This document shows positions 24,886 through 26,322 of a stretch of DNA of 26,322 bases, one piece after another; the first letter of the stretch is position 1; every line of letters begins with the position of its first letter. Under the pieces are notes generated by a model that did not search any database, was not told the origin of the DNA, and was given only the letters and a program-made list of their open reading frames with translations. This stretch comes from Ignavibacteriales bacterium. GTDB lineage: Bacteria; Bacteroidota; Ignavibacteria; UBA10030. A program made the position numbers and the translations under genes. The stretch lies in assembly GCA_016207365.1 (NCBI GenBank), contig JACQPU010000042.1:1-26322 (forward strand). Direction: 5' to 3'.

Positions 24886-26322
24886 CTACAGTCTTGGTTG
24901 TTTCCCTAACACATCTTCAATCCGTAAGACCTCCAATTTTCCCAACCCGAGCTTACGGACCGCACGCTCGATGATCGCCTTGTCTCCGACAACCACCACA
25001 ATCATTTTCTCCGGGTCGATATATTCGCGCGCGACCCGTTGAACATCCTCTTTCTTTACCGCAAGGATTTTCCCGACATACGTGTTGAAGTAATCCTCAG
25101 GAAGGTTATACAGCACCATGTCGGCTAACATCGCCGCAATCTGAGCCACCGACTCGAAGTTGTCCGCATAACCGAGCGCAAGATAGTTCCTTGCCTTCTC
25201 GAGCTCTTCGTCAGGAATCGGCCTGAGAATGCCCCGCAATTCTTTGAAAAACTCAACCAAAGCACTGTCTGTTACCGCCGTTTGCACGGCCGAATATGCC
25301 AGAAACGGGCCCGGGAGAGGCCTCATGTCGAAAAACGAACCCGCCCCGTATGAATAGCCATGAGTTTCCCGAAGGTTCTGGTTGAGCCTTGACGTGAACG
25401 AACCGCCCAAGAGCGTGTTCATAACCACAAGCGGAAAGTAGTCCTTGGTCAGGCGTGATACACCAACCCTTCCGATCCTGATCTCAGACTGCGCCGCACC
25501 CGGCTTGTCTATCAGAAACACTGTCCCCTGCTCCACCTGCATCGCGTCCGGCCAATTAACCGATGCGGTTGTCCGTCCTTTCCAAGACCCTAAAACGCTT
25601 TCAAGCTGCTGTTCAATCTCGCTTCTTTCAACATCACCGACGACAATGAGCGTGGCGTTATTCGGATTATAGTACGTTTCGTGAAATCGCTTCAGGTCTG
25701 CCACACGCATGGAACGCAGCGACCGTTCGTTTCCCAGCATTGGAATTCCGTATGGATGCCTGGGACCGAATAGTTTCTGACTGAATGCCACCGAAGCGAT
25801 GGTGGAAGGCTGGTCGTGCCATTGCAGAAGGGATGTTAGACGTTCCTTTCGCAGCCGTTCCAATTCTTCGGATGGAAAGGTGGGGTTTATGACGATATCG
25901 GCCATTAGAGGAAGGGCATCACTAAGCCTCGCGACCGGCGTGTGCAGGCCCACGGAGCTCGTGTGAGGTCCTACACTCGTCGAAATCCGGGCACCCAGGA
26001 AATCTATTGCATCCGCCAGCTCGAGGGCGGAACGTGTGCCGGCCCCTTCATCCAGCATGGCCGCGGTCAGGCTTGCCAGCCCGTTCTTCTCCGCCGGGTC
26101 CATTGCAGAACCTGTTTTTATGAGCATCGTAATCTGAACAAGAGGCACGCCGCGTTTTTCCATCAGAACCACGGGCAAGCCGTTGGAGAGCACAAATTTT
26201 TGGAGAGGCGGAAGTTGAAGTGAACGCGGAGCACCCAGTTGCGGGGGTGATGTGCGATCCGGCTGCTGGCTATCCGCCGGTGCAACAACCAGACATGCAA
26301 GAACGATCGCCGAAGCCCATCG
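24886..26322 (-). CDS. M16B (pitrilysin/MPP-like) peptidase subunit, non-catalytic type, 5'-truncated
   Basis: The frame is open from the window edge through a signal-like segment (RWASAIVLACLVVAPADS-QQPDRTSPP). GLASLTAAMLDEG replaces HXXEH. SRLNQNLRETHGYSYG retains the substrate-binding R/Y pair. Confidence 0.88.
   Translation of the reverse strand, partial: RWASAIVLACLVVAPADSQQPDRTSPPQLGAPRSLQLPPLQKFVLSNGLPVVLMEKRGVPLVQITMLIKTGSAMDPAEKNGLASLTAAMLDEGAGTRSALELADAIDFLGARISTSVGPHTSSVGLHTPVARLSDALPLMADIVINPTFPSEELERLRKERLTSLLQWHDQPSTIASVAFSQKLFGPRHPYGIPMLGNERSLRSMRVADLKRFHETYYNPNNATLIVVGDVERSEIEQQLESVLGSWKGRTTASVNWPDAMQVEQGTVFLIDKPGAAQSEIRIGRVGVSRLTKDYFPLVVMNTLLGGSFTSRLNQNLRETHGYSYGAGSFFDMRPLPGPFLAYSAVQTAVTDSALVEFFKELRGILRPIPDEELEKARNYLALGYADNFESVAQIAAMLADMVLYNLPEDYFNTYVGKILAVKKEDVQRVAREYIDPEKMIVVVVGDKAIIERAVRKLGLGKLEVLRIEDVLGKQPRL

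Noticed and set aside
408-26223. Numerous antisense and alternate-frame ORFs in the track (e.g. 408-989, 3949-4530, 11422-12159, 20749-21564, 23514-24062)
   Set aside because: They lie within well-supported genes, lack recognisable motifs or RBSs, and are expected shadows of coding sequence at this GC level.

Overview
Bacterial chromosomal DNA with no transposase, integrase, rRNA, tRNA or CRISPR array recognised. Gene order, protein families and promoter style suggest an FCB-group organism (Ignavibacteria/Chlorobi-like); this is an inference. (1) 1-13026, + strand: ten cell-envelope genes. These are a 5'-truncated gluzincin/beta-propeller/beta-barrel protein coupled to a PrsW protease, M61 and M1 peptidases, a membrane protein, a DUF3108-SDR-CPBP-PAP2(Aur1-like) unit and a Yip1 protein. 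(2) 13120-22709, - strand: an arginine operon argC-argJ-argB-argF-argR-argG whose last gene argH is separated by a four-gene arsenic cassette (arsR-arsM-arsN2-like GNAT-arsC) and a composite palindromic repeat. ArgR boxes, a perfect ArsR-type palindrome and a separate argH promoter are readable in the sequence. (3) 22802-26322: an outer-membrane beta-barrel, ychF and a 5'-truncated non-catalytic M16 subunit. The most unusual feature is the ars cassette, with an ArgA-like acetyltransferase and no efflux pump, nested inside the arg operon. All family calls come from motif recognition, not database searches.
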